In this document: piece after piece, positions 1 through 10,069 of the stretch
Position numbering within the stretch: the stretch's first letter is position 1
Layout: every line of letters begins with the position of its first letter
Assembly: GCA_028698175.1 (NCBI GenBank)
Contig: JAQVDU010000002.1
Location: 1-55,776, forward strand
Length of the DNA: 55,776 nucleotides
Reading direction: 5' to 3'
Source: a bacterium
Lineage (GTDB): Bacteria > Hydrothermota > 32-111
Notes under the pieces: generated by a model
What the model saw: the letters and a program-made list of their open reading frames with translations, nothing else
Told to the model about the DNA's origin: nothing
Databases searched by the model: none
Program-made: the position numbers and the translations under genes

Positions 1-1
1 C

Positions 2-1654
2 TTCTCCGAAAATGGCGAAAAGTACAATTCAACCTATAAGTATCATGAAGATGATTATATTTCATCATCAAGGAACGGCTATTATTTCAAGGCATATTCA
101 ACATTTTTTTTAAAGAATTCGCAGTCATTAAATCTGGCAGTATCAAGCGGATACACTCACGACAAGACTGCCCCCTCACATACAAAGGAGCGTGTAATCA
201 CCTACGGCGACTCCACTTCGGACACTCTCTACCCGAAGACAGACTCTCCCCTGGAGATTGTTCTCGACCCATTCAACCTCTTTGAGTATGATGATTTCAT
301 GAAACTCGAGTATGAGACTCTTTCCCTTTACAATGACTATCCGTACATGACTCTTTATGGATATGAGTATGGGATAAATGGTTATTATTTCGAAAAAGAC
401 GTGCTGACAAACTCGGCATGCATTGATTATTCAATGCCTCTTCCGGAAAACAACAGACTCACTGCCGGAGCAGGAGTGAAACAGAGAGACTATTCGCAGA
501 CAGATATCTATCTTCCATGGGACATGTATTATTTCAATGACACATATTCAACATCCTCTCTCTTCGCATACGGATTCTTAAGAAACTGTTTTGAAAGAAA
601 CAAAGTTCTTCTGGACATGAATGCAAAGGCTGATTTTGTTTCGAGAAGCGGAGTTCTCCTATCCGACTCTCTCGCCGGAGAATCTAAGAGAATTCTTCTT
701 TCATACAGATTCTCCATTCGCAGCATGATAAACGAATACTCTTCGATACGATTCTCCGCAGAGAAGGCAATTCAGCAGATTGATGAAACGTATCTCTTCG
801 CAAATGTCAATGAGGGGTTCGCGTCATCAGAGACAAGAGGGGACCCGTATTTGAATCAGCCGTCATCAGACCTCTATGATTTCGGGATTTCATTCGACCT
901 TCCTTCAGGGATATACCTCTCTACAAGCATATATTACAGAGAGATTCAGAATCTTGTGAATCTTGTAAGAATAGAGACAGTTCCATTCTCATATCGGATA
1001 TACAGCGCAAACGGAAGCCTTTACGGAAAGGGGTTTGAACTTCTCTGCGGTGCAAAGAGCCGCCATTTTGACATTGAGGCAAATTACACTTACACTACAG
1101 TAAACGAATCTCTTGACTCTTTGGGTTATTCAAGGTCATTCAGCCCGGATTATCTTTCAAAACACAAAATCAACATTCTCCATTCATTCAAACTGCCATT
1201 CTCTTCCGACGACAAGGATGACCTCTTGCTCTCATTAAACCACCAGTTCCGCTCAGGTTTGCCTGCCGACAGAGGGGTTGTGAATTATTACATACTTCCG
1301 AATCTTTATCTCGCAGACATGGCTTTGGTCAAGGAAATATCATTTGAAAACCGCAGGGCAGAGATTTACCTGAATGTTTCAAACCTCTTCAATGCAGCGA
1401 CTGTTCTCGATGTATATTCAAACACACTTGAACCGGACAAGGACTGGACCGAGGAGTTTGACCCTGACACTTTCGGCGAGTACAGAATCGGAGATGTCGG
1501 ATATGACGTGAGAAAGGATTCCGACAGGGACGGATTCGTCTCTTCTGAGGAGAACTGCGGCTTTACTCTCGGAATGTACTATGATGCTGCGTACGACCCG
1601 AACAACTATACAACGCCGAGGGAGTTTGCATTCGGAATCAGGATAACCATTTAA
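2..1654 (+). CDS. Outer-membrane beta-barrel protein, TonB-dependent-receptor-like C-terminal part (5' end lies outside the window)
   Basis: The frame of ORF 299..1654 stays open back to nt 2 with no stop, so the gene starts upstream of the window. It has a Tyr/Asn/Ser-rich alternating strand pattern, an NVSNLFNA motif and a terminal FAFGIRITI strand, typical of large OM barrels. Confidence 0.5.
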   Translation, partial: FSENGEKYNSTYKYHEDDYISSSRNGYYFKAYSTFFLKNSQSLNLAVSSGYTHDKTAPSHTKERVITYGDSTSDTLYPKTDSPLEIVLDPFNLFEYDDFMKLEYETLSLYNDYPYMTLYGYEYGINGYYFEKDVLTNSACIDYSMPLPENNRLTAGAGVKQRDYSQTDIYLPWDMYYFNDTYSTSSLFAYGFLRNCFERNKVLLDMNAKADFVSRSGVLLSDSLAGESKRILLSYRFSIRSMINEYSSIRFSAEKAIQQIDETYLFANVNEGFASSETRGDPYLNQPSSDLYDFGISFDLPSGIYLSTSIYYREIQNLVNLVRIETVPFSYRIYSANGSLYGKGFELLCGAKSRHFDIEANYTYTTVNESLDSLGYSRSFSPDYLSKHKINILHSFKLPFSSDDKDDLLLSLNHQFRSGLPADRGVVNYYILPNLYLADMALVKEISFENRRAEIYLNVSNLFNAATVLDVYSNTLEPDKDWTEEFDPDTFGEYRIGDVGYDVRKDSDRDGFVSSEENCGFTLGMYYDAAYDPNNYTTPREFAFGIRITI

Positions 1655-1657
1655 ACA

Positions 1658-2686
1658 TCAGCCGATTCTTTCCAAAAGCGCATTCTTCTCAGCTTTTGAG
1701 AGAAAACTTGCCTCTATTGAGTTCACGGCAAGTTTTTTAATGTGAGATTCGTTTAATGAAAGAGATTCTGCCACTGCAATGTAATTGTCATTAAGATATC
1801 CTCCGAAATATGCAGGGTCATCCGAATTGACTGTTGCCATAACTCCCGCATCAAGGAATATCTTCAAAGGATGCTCCCGGAGATTCTTCACGACTCCCAG
1901 CTTTAGGTTTGAAAGCGGGCAGAGGGTAAGCGGCATTTTCATTTCCGAAAGTTTTTTTAAAAATTCCCTGTCCCTGTGCGAAGCATTTCCGTGGTCAATC
2001 CTCGCTATGCCAAGAACCTCTATCGCCTCCTTCACATACTCCAAGGGTCCCTCCTCTCCTGCATGTGCGACAGTGAGAAAGCCCTCCCTTGCAGACCTTT
2101 CAAAGACTCCCCTGAATTTAGAGGGAGGATGGCCGACTTCACTCGAATCGAGCCCCACAGCAGTTATCCACCCTTTGTACTTCAATGCCTCTTCAAGTGT
2201 TTTAAACGCATCTTTTTCATCAAGATGCCTCAGGTATGACATTATCAATTTTGAGCTTATTCCCCACCTTCTCTCCCCTTCGACAAGTCCGTTTCTTATA
2301 CCGGTTATTACGGTTGAGAATTTTACTCCCCTTGACGTGTGGGTCTGCGGGTCAAAGAATATCTCTGTGTGTATTATGTTCTCATCCTTTGCCCTTGAAA
2401 GGTATGCAATCATAAGGTCGTAGAAATCCTCCTCCTGAAGAAGAACTCCGGCACCCTCATAGTAAATGTCAAGAAACTCCTGAAGATTGCTGAAATTGTA
2501 CGCCCTCTTTGCCTCTTCCGCGTCCCTGTATTTCAGCTCAAAATTGTTTCTCTTTGCCAGAGAGAGCATCATTTCACTTTCCAGGGTACCCTCAATGTGA
2601 AGATGAAGCTCAGCTTTGGGTATCTTTTTAATGAGCTTTTCTACGGAATTGTCCATATGGGATATTATACTCAAAAGGTATACCAT
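1658..2686 (-). CDS. add: Adenine/adenosine deaminase (adenosine deaminase superfamily, Aah1/PA0148-like)
   Basis: Motifs KAELHLHIEGT, VAHAGEEGP and NSDDPAYFGG. Full-length resemblance to adenine-deaminase-type members of the family. The true start may be the internal Met of MDNSVEK (nt 2656). Confidence 0.9.
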   Translation of the reverse strand: MVYLLSIISHMDNSVEKLIKKIPKAELHLHIEGTLESEMMLSLAKRNNFELKYRDAEEAKRAYNFSNLQEFLDIYYEGAGVLLQEEDFYDLMIAYLSRAKDENIIHTEIFFDPQTHTSRGVKFSTVITGIRNGLVEGERRWGISSKLIMSYLRHLDEKDAFKTLEEALKYKGWITAVGLDSSEVGHPPSKFRGVFERSAREGFLTVAHAGEEGPLEYVKEAIEVLGIARIDHGNASHRDREFLKKLSEMKMPLTLCPLSNLKLGVVKNLREHPLKIFLDAGVMATVNSDDPAYFGGYLNDNYIAVAESLSLNESHIKKLAVNSIEASFLSKAEKNALLERIG

Positions 2687-2761
2687 TTCAACGGTTTCAC
2701 TAAGATGCGGTTTGACATTTAACTTTTTATGTGATATGCTTTTTTAAAAAAAGGAGGATCC

Positions 2762-3727
2762 ATGAAAAAACTGTTTGTTCTCTTCTTGACAACTCTCTTT
2801 CTCTTGAGCTCATGCTCACTTATCGGATACAACACAATAAAGATCAGTATTCCTGCGGAGTACATCGACCAGATAGACAAACTCATCGTCTCAATTGCGA
2901 ACGGAGACGCTGTTGATGAAAAGGAGATTGAAGAGATATCCGAGGAAATCTCTTTCACTCACTTCGGATTTATAGACGTAATAATGGCATACGCTTACAA
3001 TGCGCAGGGTGTTCTTCTCTTCACCGGAAAGGGCGGAAAGAACGACCTTAACATAGAGCTTGACTATGCCGGAGCAAACGCGGCAAGCCACATTGTGATT
3101 TTTCAGGACGGACTTCCCTGGGGAACGACTTCAATGCAGGACATGCTCTTGGCAGAGGGATTCACTGAGGGAGACGGTGAGAACCAGTATGAATTCGTGA
3201 CATCGGACGAAATATCAGGATTCGGGCTCAATCCGTACACAGACCTTCTCATAATAGCCAATGACCAGGCGCAGACATTCTATGATGTTTTAGGCGCGGA
3301 CAACGGCAAAATAAATGATTTTGTTTATTCAGGAGGAACGGTTCTTTGGGAAGTGTGCGACAACGGTTGGGCGTACGGCGACATAAAATCTGCAGGAATA
3401 GAGCTTCCCGGCGGAATAGAGATAAATCTTCTCTATGAGTATTACAATACTATAATGCAGCCGGATCACAAGATGTTTGACGGCATAACTCTGACGGAAC
3501 TTTACAACAACTACGCAAGCCATGAGTATTTCACCCTTCTGCCCGCCGGAACAAACGTTCTGATGAACGGGTCGGACTCAGACCAGCCGACTCTTGTAGT
3601 GTATCCTCACGGAGCAGGAATCGTATTTATGACAGGACAGCCGCTTGAGCATGCTTACATATACAATCCGGAGTCAATGGGACTCATTCTTCCCCGTCTT
3701 GTCAAGCTTGTCTTGGGAAAACTCTGA
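2762..3727 (+). CDS. Lipoprotein with one ThuA/class-I-glutamine-amidotransferase-like module
   Basis: AAGGAGG SD upstream and a signal peptide with lipobox LLSSC. Residues ~110-305 (HIVIFQDGLPWG..LLIIANDQ..VYSGGTVLWE..ELPGG..GAGIVFMTGQPLEH) align motif by motif with the middle of the 767-aa protein at 13981. Confidence 0.8.
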   Translation: MKKLFVLFLTTLFLLSSCSLIGYNTIKISIPAEYIDQIDKLIVSIANGDAVDEKEIEEISEEISFTHFGFIDVIMAYAYNAQGVLLFTGKGGKNDLNIELDYAGANAASHIVIFQDGLPWGTTSMQDMLLAEGFTEGDGENQYEFVTSDEISGFGLNPYTDLLIIANDQAQTFYDVLGADNGKINDFVYSGGTVLWEVCDNGWAYGDIKSAGIELPGGIEINLLYEYYNTIMQPDHKMFDGITLTELYNNYASHEYFTLLPAGTNVLMNGSDSDQPTLVVYPHGAGIVFMTGQPLEHAYIYNPESMGLILPRLVKLVLGKL

Positions 3728-3750
3728 TAAGTTTTTTTTGTATAACTATT

Positions 3751-3779
3751 AGAGGCGCCTTTCGGCGCCTCTTTTTTTT
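3751..3779 (+). terminator. Intrinsic terminator after the lipoprotein gene
   Basis: Perfect 9-bp GC-rich stem agaggcgcc/ggcgcctct with a tttc loop, followed by a run of T. Confidence 0.8.
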
Positions 3780-3863
3780 GCCTGCATATTAATAAAGAAT
3801 TTTCTATTGACACTGAAACCTTTTGTGATAAGATAAAGTTTAATAGACAATTATGGAGGTTTT

Positions 3864-5660
3864 ATGAAAAGGATAATCCTTTTGGCATTGGTACTCACTT
3901 CATTTTTTTGCTATTCGCAAAATTTTGACAGCTTAAAAATCCTACTTATAGATTTTGACGAGGGAAAAACATTCGCAAACCCTGACAATTCTCAAAATAT
4001 AGGGTATGAATACAATTTCATAAAGGCATTCAAGGCTTTGGGGTTCAGCGAAGATTCAAACCTGGTTGTGAAGGAAAAGATACCGGAGAGTTTTGACTTG
4101 ATCAAGGACTATGCAGCAATCTTTTTCATTACAGGTCACAGACCTTATGTCGGAGTAGATTTAACTGTAGCCAATATAACAAACTTTGAATCCTATCTTG
4201 ATTCAGGAGGATGTTTGTACATTGAGGGAAACAATGCTCCAAGCGGAATTTATGACAAGGATTCCTTGTTCATGTTCAACTATTTTAACAATTCCTGCAC
4301 TGACAACGGAGGAACCGGATTTTCTGGAATAGACACGATAGTTTCAGATACCACAGACACCCTTGACCCGTTTTTCAGATTTTACAAATTTGTTTATCCG
4401 GCAAATACAAAACCGGATTCTTCAGTCGACGTCATAGGACCAAAGAACCCCAACCTTCTAAAAGTCAATTACAGAAACCTTCTGCAGTATGATGACCAGA
4501 CAAAGCTTTACAAGTCAACATCCTCTTCATACACCCCTCCGGAGACAAAGACATTCTATTTCCCCGGAAAGACAGTAATGCAGTCGGTGGCTTTCAGCGC
4601 CTTTGCCGACCCCCAGAATGCTCAGGATGCGCTTGATGATTCCCTTGAAAATCAATTGATAAGAGCGGCATATTTAAGGGACATTCTCAAATACTTCGGC
4701 ATAGGAAAAACGCTCCTTGTAAAAGATGACGGAGAGGTTGCCTTAAGCGATAAAAAAATCATTGAATCCTTGGATAAATTGGGAGTTGAATTTGATGAGA
4801 TTTCAGTTAAAACCGGAGGAGCTGGACCAAACTATAAAACTCTCGTTAAATATGCCAATGTTATCTGGTACACCGGCGAGGAGTCTACGCTCTCTCTTCT
4901 TGCGGCAGACACATTTGCATTAAGCAGGTACCTTGACTTCGGCGGTGACCTTCTTCTCTCAGGGGAGAATCTTGCTCAGGGTATAGGTGTCCCTGACACA
5001 AACACGCTTCTAAATGAAAACAGATTTTTATCAATGAAAATGAGGGTAGATTATATCGGAAACCCTTTCAAAGCTCCTGAAGGTTTCAATGCAAACGTTG
5101 ACGGGCATTTCTACGCAAACTTGGGCTCAAGAATCTGCTCCCTTGAAACAGTGACAACATCAAAACCGGACATGCTTAGGCCGTTTCTTATAGGGCACGT
5201 CGATTCTGCATTCTATTTCTACACACTCACAAAGGGCAATAATATTGTAGGCATAGCAAACGAGGGAATACTCAGAAAAACAATCTTCTGCGGTTTTTCA
5301 ATAGAAAATCTTTATCAGAGAGACCTTGATTCCGTTCTTGAGGTATCTTTTGTCGATTATTTTGACATGAACCTTGATTTCGAACCGAGGAAGTGGGATG
5401 ATGCAACCTCTTATTCAAAGAGGGATTCTGGAAAGATGTTTGTTAAAACAAACGAAAATTCCCCGAAAGTATTCTGCGTTCAGAGAACCCTATTTGTCGA
5501 AGGACTTTCAAAGCCAGAGCTTCTTGACATATCAGGGAGGAATCTGACAAACCTTGAAAGCGGGTATAACAAATTAACATCCGACATAAAAAGCGGCGTC
5601 TATTTTGTAAGAGGAGAGTATCGCGGTTCTTTCTATGTGAAAGTGATAACGGTTTTTTAA
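3864..5660 (+). CDS. Secreted T9SS-cargo protein, paralogue A (two ThuA/GATase1-like modules plus C-terminal sorting domain)
   Basis: GGAGG SD and a signal peptide. Internal duplication (KILLIDFDEG..LDSGGCLYIEGNN and KTLLVKDDGE..LDFGGDLLLSGEN). The C-terminus SGVYFVRGEYRGSFYVKVITVF fits the T9SS type-A CTD pattern. Confidence 0.85.
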   Translation: MKRIILLALVLTSFFCYSQNFDSLKILLIDFDEGKTFANPDNSQNIGYEYNFIKAFKALGFSEDSNLVVKEKIPESFDLIKDYAAIFFITGHRPYVGVDLTVANITNFESYLDSGGCLYIEGNNAPSGIYDKDSLFMFNYFNNSCTDNGGTGFSGIDTIVSDTTDTLDPFFRFYKFVYPANTKPDSSVDVIGPKNPNLLKVNYRNLLQYDDQTKLYKSTSSSYTPPETKTFYFPGKTVMQSVAFSAFADPQNAQDALDDSLENQLIRAAYLRDILKYFGIGKTLLVKDDGEVALSDKKIIESLDKLGVEFDEISVKTGGAGPNYKTLVKYANVIWYTGEESTLSLLAADTFALSRYLDFGGDLLLSGENLAQGIGVPDTNTLLNENRFLSMKMRVDYIGNPFKAPEGFNANVDGHFYANLGSRICSLETVTTSKPDMLRPFLIGHVDSAFYFYTLTKGNNIVGIANEGILRKTIFCGFSIENLYQRDLDSVLEVSFVDYFDMNLDFEPRKWDDATSYSKRDSGKMFVKTNENSPKVFCVQRTLFVEGLSKPELLDISGRNLTNLESGYNKLTSDIKSGVYFVRGEYRGSFYVKVITVF

Positions 5661-5695
5661 CTTTTATTGTTTATTCTAAATCATAGGGGAGTAAA

Positions 5696-7492
5696 ATGAA
5701 AAGAGTTCTTATTTTTGTGACTGCAATCTTTTCATTATCGGCATTGTGCCAGAATTTTACTGATCTGAAGATTCTCCTCGTGGATTCGGACGACGGAAAG
5801 ACCTTTCTGAATCCCGACAATAATTCAAAATCCATTGGCTATGAATATAATTTTTTCAAAGCATTTGAAATGCTCGGGTTTGACACTCTTTCCGGAAATT
5901 TAAAGAGGGGAAAGCTTCCTCTTGTTTTTAATGAATTCAAGCAATATGCTGCAATATTCATAGTTTTCGGACACAGCACCGTTGACGCTACAGACCTTTC
6001 TCTTTCTGATATCGACAATCTTGAGGGCTATCTTGAGTCCGGCGGATGCCTTTACATAGAGGGCAACAATGCCATAAGCCACATTCAGGGGTTGGACTCT
6101 CTCTTTTTGTTTCTTTACTTCAATAATTCCTGCTTGAGCGACGGAGGCGCCCTGTTCTCCGGAATTGATACGATAGTATCCGACACGACGGACACTCTTG
6201 ACCCTTTTTTCCGTCTGTATAAGTTTGTTTACCCGGCAAATACAAAACCGGATTCTTCAGTTGACGTCATTGGACCAAGGGACCCCGGTCTTCTAAAAAT
6301 ATATTATAAAAATCTTCTTAAATACGACGACCAGACAAAACTCTATAAATCAGTCTCTTCGTCTTACACTCCTCCGGAAACAAAAGTTTTCCATTTTAAT
6401 GGAAGAACCATAATGCAGTCTGTTGCTTTCGGAGCATTCTCAGACCCGCAGAATGACGATGACCGTTTGGATGATTCTCTTGAGAACCAGCTTGTCAGAG
6501 CTTCATATTTAAGGGATATATTGAAATTTTTCGGAATTGGAAAGACGTTACTTGTGAAAGATGACATGGGAGAGTCGGGCAGCGACACAATTATAAGAGC
6601 TTCGCTTGACAGTTTAAAAATCGACTATGACATTATTCCTGTCGCCTCTAAAGCGGATGGACCCGGATACAAAACTCTATCTGAATACAGCGCGGTTATA
6701 TGGTACACGGGCGATGCAGACACTTCATTCACTTTAACCAAGCAGGACACTTTTAATCTTGGGATCTTTCTGTCTTACGGCGGAAATTTGATTCTGTCCG
6801 GAGAAAATATCGCGACAGACATAGGATTTCCTGATACTAACTACAAGCTGGAAAATCCTTTTCTGGCAAAGAATTTCGGTATGGATTTCATCGGAAAGAA
6901 CAAGACCCTTACAAGTTCATTCAGGGCATTTGCCTCCTCCGACTCGGTGCTGAATCCGTATTATGAAAACGGATACACGAGAATCTGCTCCCTTCAATCT
7001 TCAAGCAAGCCTGACCTGATATTCCCCACAAACCTTCGGGGAACCCACGTTTATCCCACGTACTATTTTCACACTCTTACAAAAGGAGACAATATGGTCT
7101 CTCTCTTTTATGAGGGTGAGAACAAAAGAACAATTTTTTTCGGTTTTCCCATTGAGGATATCCTTGCGGGAATGCTTGATTCCACCTTAAAGGTTTCTTA
7201 TGAAGACATCTTTGACATAAATCTTGATTTCAAACCTATTGACAGTCTTCGCTGGTTGAATACTCAAAAGGATTTTCTGAAGTTCAGACAGAAGGAAAAA
7301 ACATCTTCTCCAATGATTTTTCTTTGGCAAAAGAGCTTGTTTTTATTCGGTGCATGCGAAGCGGATATAATTGACCCTGCGGGAAGATTCATGATGAAAA
7401 TTTATGAAGGGGAAAACAGCATAGAAAAACTTTCCCGCGGAATATTCTTTGTAAAGGGAAAGAGCTTTGCAAAAAAAATCAGCATTTTATAA
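5696..7492 (+). CDS. Secreted T9SS-cargo protein, paralogue B (tandem duplicate of 3864..5660)
   Basis: Same length (598 aa) and collinear with paralogue A. C-terminus RGIFFVKGKSFAKKISIL. The 41-aa block FSGIDTIVSDTTDTLDPFFRLYKFVYPANTKPDSSVDVIGP is shared with A at 40 of 41 positions. Confidence 0.85.
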   Translation: MKRVLIFVTAIFSLSALCQNFTDLKILLVDSDDGKTFLNPDNNSKSIGYEYNFFKAFEMLGFDTLSGNLKRGKLPLVFNEFKQYAAIFIVFGHSTVDATDLSLSDIDNLEGYLESGGCLYIEGNNAISHIQGLDSLFLFLYFNNSCLSDGGALFSGIDTIVSDTTDTLDPFFRLYKFVYPANTKPDSSVDVIGPRDPGLLKIYYKNLLKYDDQTKLYKSVSSSYTPPETKVFHFNGRTIMQSVAFGAFSDPQNDDDRLDDSLENQLVRASYLRDILKFFGIGKTLLVKDDMGESGSDTIIRASLDSLKIDYDIIPVASKADGPGYKTLSEYSAVIWYTGDADTSFTLTKQDTFNLGIFLSYGGNLILSGENIATDIGFPDTNYKLENPFLAKNFGMDFIGKNKTLTSSFRAFASSDSVLNPYYENGYTRICSLQSSSKPDLIFPTNLRGTHVYPTYYFHTLTKGDNMVSLFYEGENKRTIFFGFPIEDILAGMLDSTLKVSYEDIFDINLDFKPIDSLRWLNTQKDFLKFRQKEKTSSPMIFLWQKSLFLFGACEADIIDPAGRFMMKIYEGENSIEKLSRGIFFVKGKSFAKKISIL

Positions 7493-7571
7493 ACAACCGA
7501 ACTAAAGAACAACTCTTCCGGAAATCCAAATCGTATTGCATAATTGTTATTTTATGTTAAAATAACATATT

Positions 7572-9533
7572 ATGAAGAAAGTATTTCTTTTCATTTTTCT
7601 TCTTTATTCTATCAACCTATTTGCCGAAAGATACATTGTTGAATTTTCCGGCAAGCTTCCCGACAGAAAAGCAGACGGATTCGTCAAATCAAACGCAAAA
7701 TATAATTTCATTGTCATCGATTCCGATTTTGACAGAATAAAGTCAACCTATCCGGATGCGTCAAAAATCTACAGAGAGCCGAAAGTCCGCGCTTTCTATA
7801 CCCCGAATGACACATACTTCTCTTATCAGTGGTCTTTAAGCCCGGTCCACTATAATCTTTCCCACATTCTTGACAGAGGAATACTCGGCAGCAGGTCGGT
7901 TGTAATCGGCGTTCTTGACACCGGCGTCTCATTTGAAGATTATCCCATACCATCAAACGAACAGGGCCTTGTCGTCTCTGCAACCAATGAATATGAGATG
8001 TACTCGGATTTTGAATCAGTAAATTTTGTGCAGGGTTATGATTTTGTCTCCGACGACTCTCATCCTAATGACATGAACGGCCACGGAACGGCAGTGACAA
8101 GCGTAATTGCCTCCTCCATAAACAATGCTCTTGCCACATCGGGAATAATTATGGAGGCATCCATCATGCCGTTAAGGGTTCTTGACGAAACAGGAGCAGG
8201 CAACCTGACAGACATACTGGACGCGATTGAATACGGCGTTTCAAACGGCTGCGACGTTTTGAACCTCTCTCTCGGAGGAGAGCCGGGAGATTCAAACGGA
8301 TGGGACATTCTTCATTCCGCAATTATAGACGCGCGCAACAGCGATGTTATGGTTCTTGCGGCATCAGGCAATGACAACGTAAACATGCTCTCATACCCAG
8401 CGGGTTTTGAGGAGACTGTATCAGTCGGAGCAGTAGATTACTATTTTGAAAGAGCTCCATACTCCCAGTACGGAACCAATCTTGATTTTGTCGCTCCGGG
8501 AGGATACGTATATCAGGATATAAACGGAGACGGAGAGAATGAGGGCGGAATACTCTGCCCTATGCCCGAGCAGACGGAGAGCGGAGCAAACGTAAATGAT
8601 TTTTACCTTTACTTTGTGGAAGGAACCTCTTTCTCCACGCCCCACTTGAGCGCTCTTGCCGCTTTAATGTATTCAATGGGATATTCCACGGTTGATGAAA
8701 TAACATCGCTCATGATTGACGCTTCTCTGGACTTGGGCGGAACAGGATATGACCTTGTGTACGGATGGGGTTATCCCAAGCCCGAATCACTCTTCTCCCA
8801 GCCGGTCGCCATAAAAACCGTGGACTTTGACATTGCTTCAAATATTCTTTTTTTCTCCATGATTATCCTCAACGATTCATTCTCCCTTGATTCAATAACC
8901 ATTTCTTCGCTTCTGGTGAATGAAAAACTCAATTATGAAAGTTACGGAAAAATAATCATGACAGAGTTTTCTGCCTCAAAATCAGGTGTTTATACAATCA
9001 CAGTTTTCGGAAAGAAGAACGCGGAAGGATATCAATTCAAAAGGGAGATTGCACTCAAGAGCATGTCAGACCCTTCAAATTTTGTTTACCACGGAAACAT
9101 TCAGATGCTTTCAGATTCTCCGTTTGCATTGTTTTTTGACAAAGAGAATGTCATATCGCCTTTAAAGCAAAGCGTTAAGGTGGTCATTCCTTCAAAGAAC
9201 TCTTCCCGGAGCGAAGTTTTCTGCGGAGACATAAAGATAAAAGCTTCAAGATTCTCTGACAGAATCGAATTTATTGCCGACAGAAAAGGAACCTATAGAG
9301 TCTTGGAATCTTCATCTTCCGCATATCCCGCAGAGGATATCTTTTCGAGAAAGAGCATCCTGCTCTCCAATACGACTCTCGACCTTGAAGGACGAGAGGG
9401 AAACCTGTATGACAAAAGCGGACGCCTGCTCGCTAATTCAAGGAATTTCACAATCTCCTTTGAAAAACTTCCCGCAGGAATCTATTTTGTAACTTCAAAA
9501 AATATGCTATGGAAAATAACAAAACTCTTCTGA
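7572..9533 (+). CDS. Subtilisin-family (S8) serine protease with T9SS C-terminal sorting domain
   Basis: Catalytic motifs VLDTGV (Asp), GHGTAVTSVIA (His) and GTSFSTPHLSALAAL (Ser). Signal peptide present. C-terminal LPAGIYFVTSKNMLWKITKLF. Confidence 0.9.
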   Translation: MKKVFLFIFLLYSINLFAERYIVEFSGKLPDRKADGFVKSNAKYNFIVIDSDFDRIKSTYPDASKIYREPKVRAFYTPNDTYFSYQWSLSPVHYNLSHILDRGILGSRSVVIGVLDTGVSFEDYPIPSNEQGLVVSATNEYEMYSDFESVNFVQGYDFVSDDSHPNDMNGHGTAVTSVIASSINNALATSGIIMEASIMPLRVLDETGAGNLTDILDAIEYGVSNGCDVLNLSLGGEPGDSNGWDILHSAIIDARNSDVMVLAASGNDNVNMLSYPAGFEETVSVGAVDYYFERAPYSQYGTNLDFVAPGGYVYQDINGDGENEGGILCPMPEQTESGANVNDFYLYFVEGTSFSTPHLSALAALMYSMGYSTVDEITSLMIDASLDLGGTGYDLVYGWGYPKPESLFSQPVAIKTVDFDIASNILFFSMIILNDSFSLDSITISSLLVNEKLNYESYGKIIMTEFSASKSGVYTITVFGKKNAEGYQFKREIALKSMSDPSNFVYHGNIQMLSDSPFALFFDKENVISPLKQSVKVVIPSKNSSRSEVFCGDIKIKASRFSDRIEFIADRKGTYRVLESSSSAYPAEDIFSRKSILLSNTTLDLEGREGNLYDKSGRLLANSRNFTISFEKLPAGIYFVTSKNMLWKITKLF

Positions 9534-10069
9534 TTGCTTTTGTTCTTATTGCGATAGCCGCATGCTCTCTTGTGAATCCTCTATCGGAGGACGGCTGGGT
9601 TTACGTTAAAGAGGATAATCTGTCAAAGGCGCATGCAAAATTCCTTGAAGATTTTTCCAGATTTCCCGATTCTCTTGACATAATGGGCGGGCTCTCATAT
9701 ACGTTTTTGGTTTTTAACGAAATGGATTCTTCAAAGCATTATCTGGATTTGACAAGGGCAAAAGAAAAAGACAATAACTTTTTCATATTTGCATCTCTCC
9801 TATATTTCAGAGACGAACCCGATAGCGCATCTTTTCAATACAGAAAATTTGTATCCAAGTACTCTTCTTTTCCGCTCTATGCCGTGAGGGATGCAATAAA
9901 ATCAAACACGCTTCACAAACTTGGGCTCACAACGGAGATTTTAAGAGACAGTTTTGACTATGCTTATGGAGTTTTGAAGAGAATAACGGAAATTGATGAT
10001 TCATTAAACATGAATTTGGATGAAGACAGGTTTCTTGTTATAGAATACATAAATTCTCTGGAGGAATGA
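9509..10069 (+). CDS. Small helical lipoprotein, unknown function
   Basis: Signal peptide with lipobox IAACS. Its start overlaps the S8 gene by 25 nt and its stop overlaps the purE start (ATGA). No recognisable family. Confidence 0.6.
   Translation: MENNKTLLIAFVLIAIAACSLVNPLSEDGWVYVKEDNLSKAHAKFLEDFSRFPDSLDIMGGLSYTFLVFNEMDSSKHYLDLTRAKEKDNNFFIFASLLYFRDEPDSASFQYRKFVSKYSSFPLYAVRDAIKSNTLHKLGLTTEILRDSFDYAYGVLKRITEIDDSLNMNLDEDRFLVIEYINSLEE

Noticed and set aside
1785-2423. A 212-aa ORF antisense to the deaminase gene. There are similar long antisense ORFs at 10684..11139, 29026..29673, 40803..41297, 43763..44344, 46898..47413 and 49171..49731.
   Set aside because: Each lies entirely within, or mostly within, a well-supported gene on the other strand. 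They have no SD or plausible start context, and they translate to low-complexity Ser/Leu/Phe/Arg-rich sequence with no motifs. They are typical shadow ORFs caused by the codon bias of the sense gene.
2719-2958. A 79-aa minus-strand ORF across the divergent promoter and the start of the lipoprotein gene.
   Set aside because: It overlaps a well-supported signal-peptide-bearing gene and has no SD or motif, so it is likely spurious.
4140-4250. The conserved His...Cys pair (ITGH...GGC) in the N-terminal modules of the 598-aa paralogues as a clan-CD (gingipain/caspase-like) catalytic dyad.
   Set aside because: The Cys sits at the start of a strand after a helix-GG turn, which is the GATase1/ThuA-like layout. 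In caspase-fold enzymes it sits at the end of a hydrophobic strand. The second modules and the other family members lack both residues. It is kept only as a speculative note under the module finding.
3864-7492. The tandem duplicated genes as a possible mobile element or recent segmental duplication.
   Set aside because: There are no terminal inverted repeats, transposase or integrase. The nucleotide divergence is high outside one short block, so this is an old paralogous pair.
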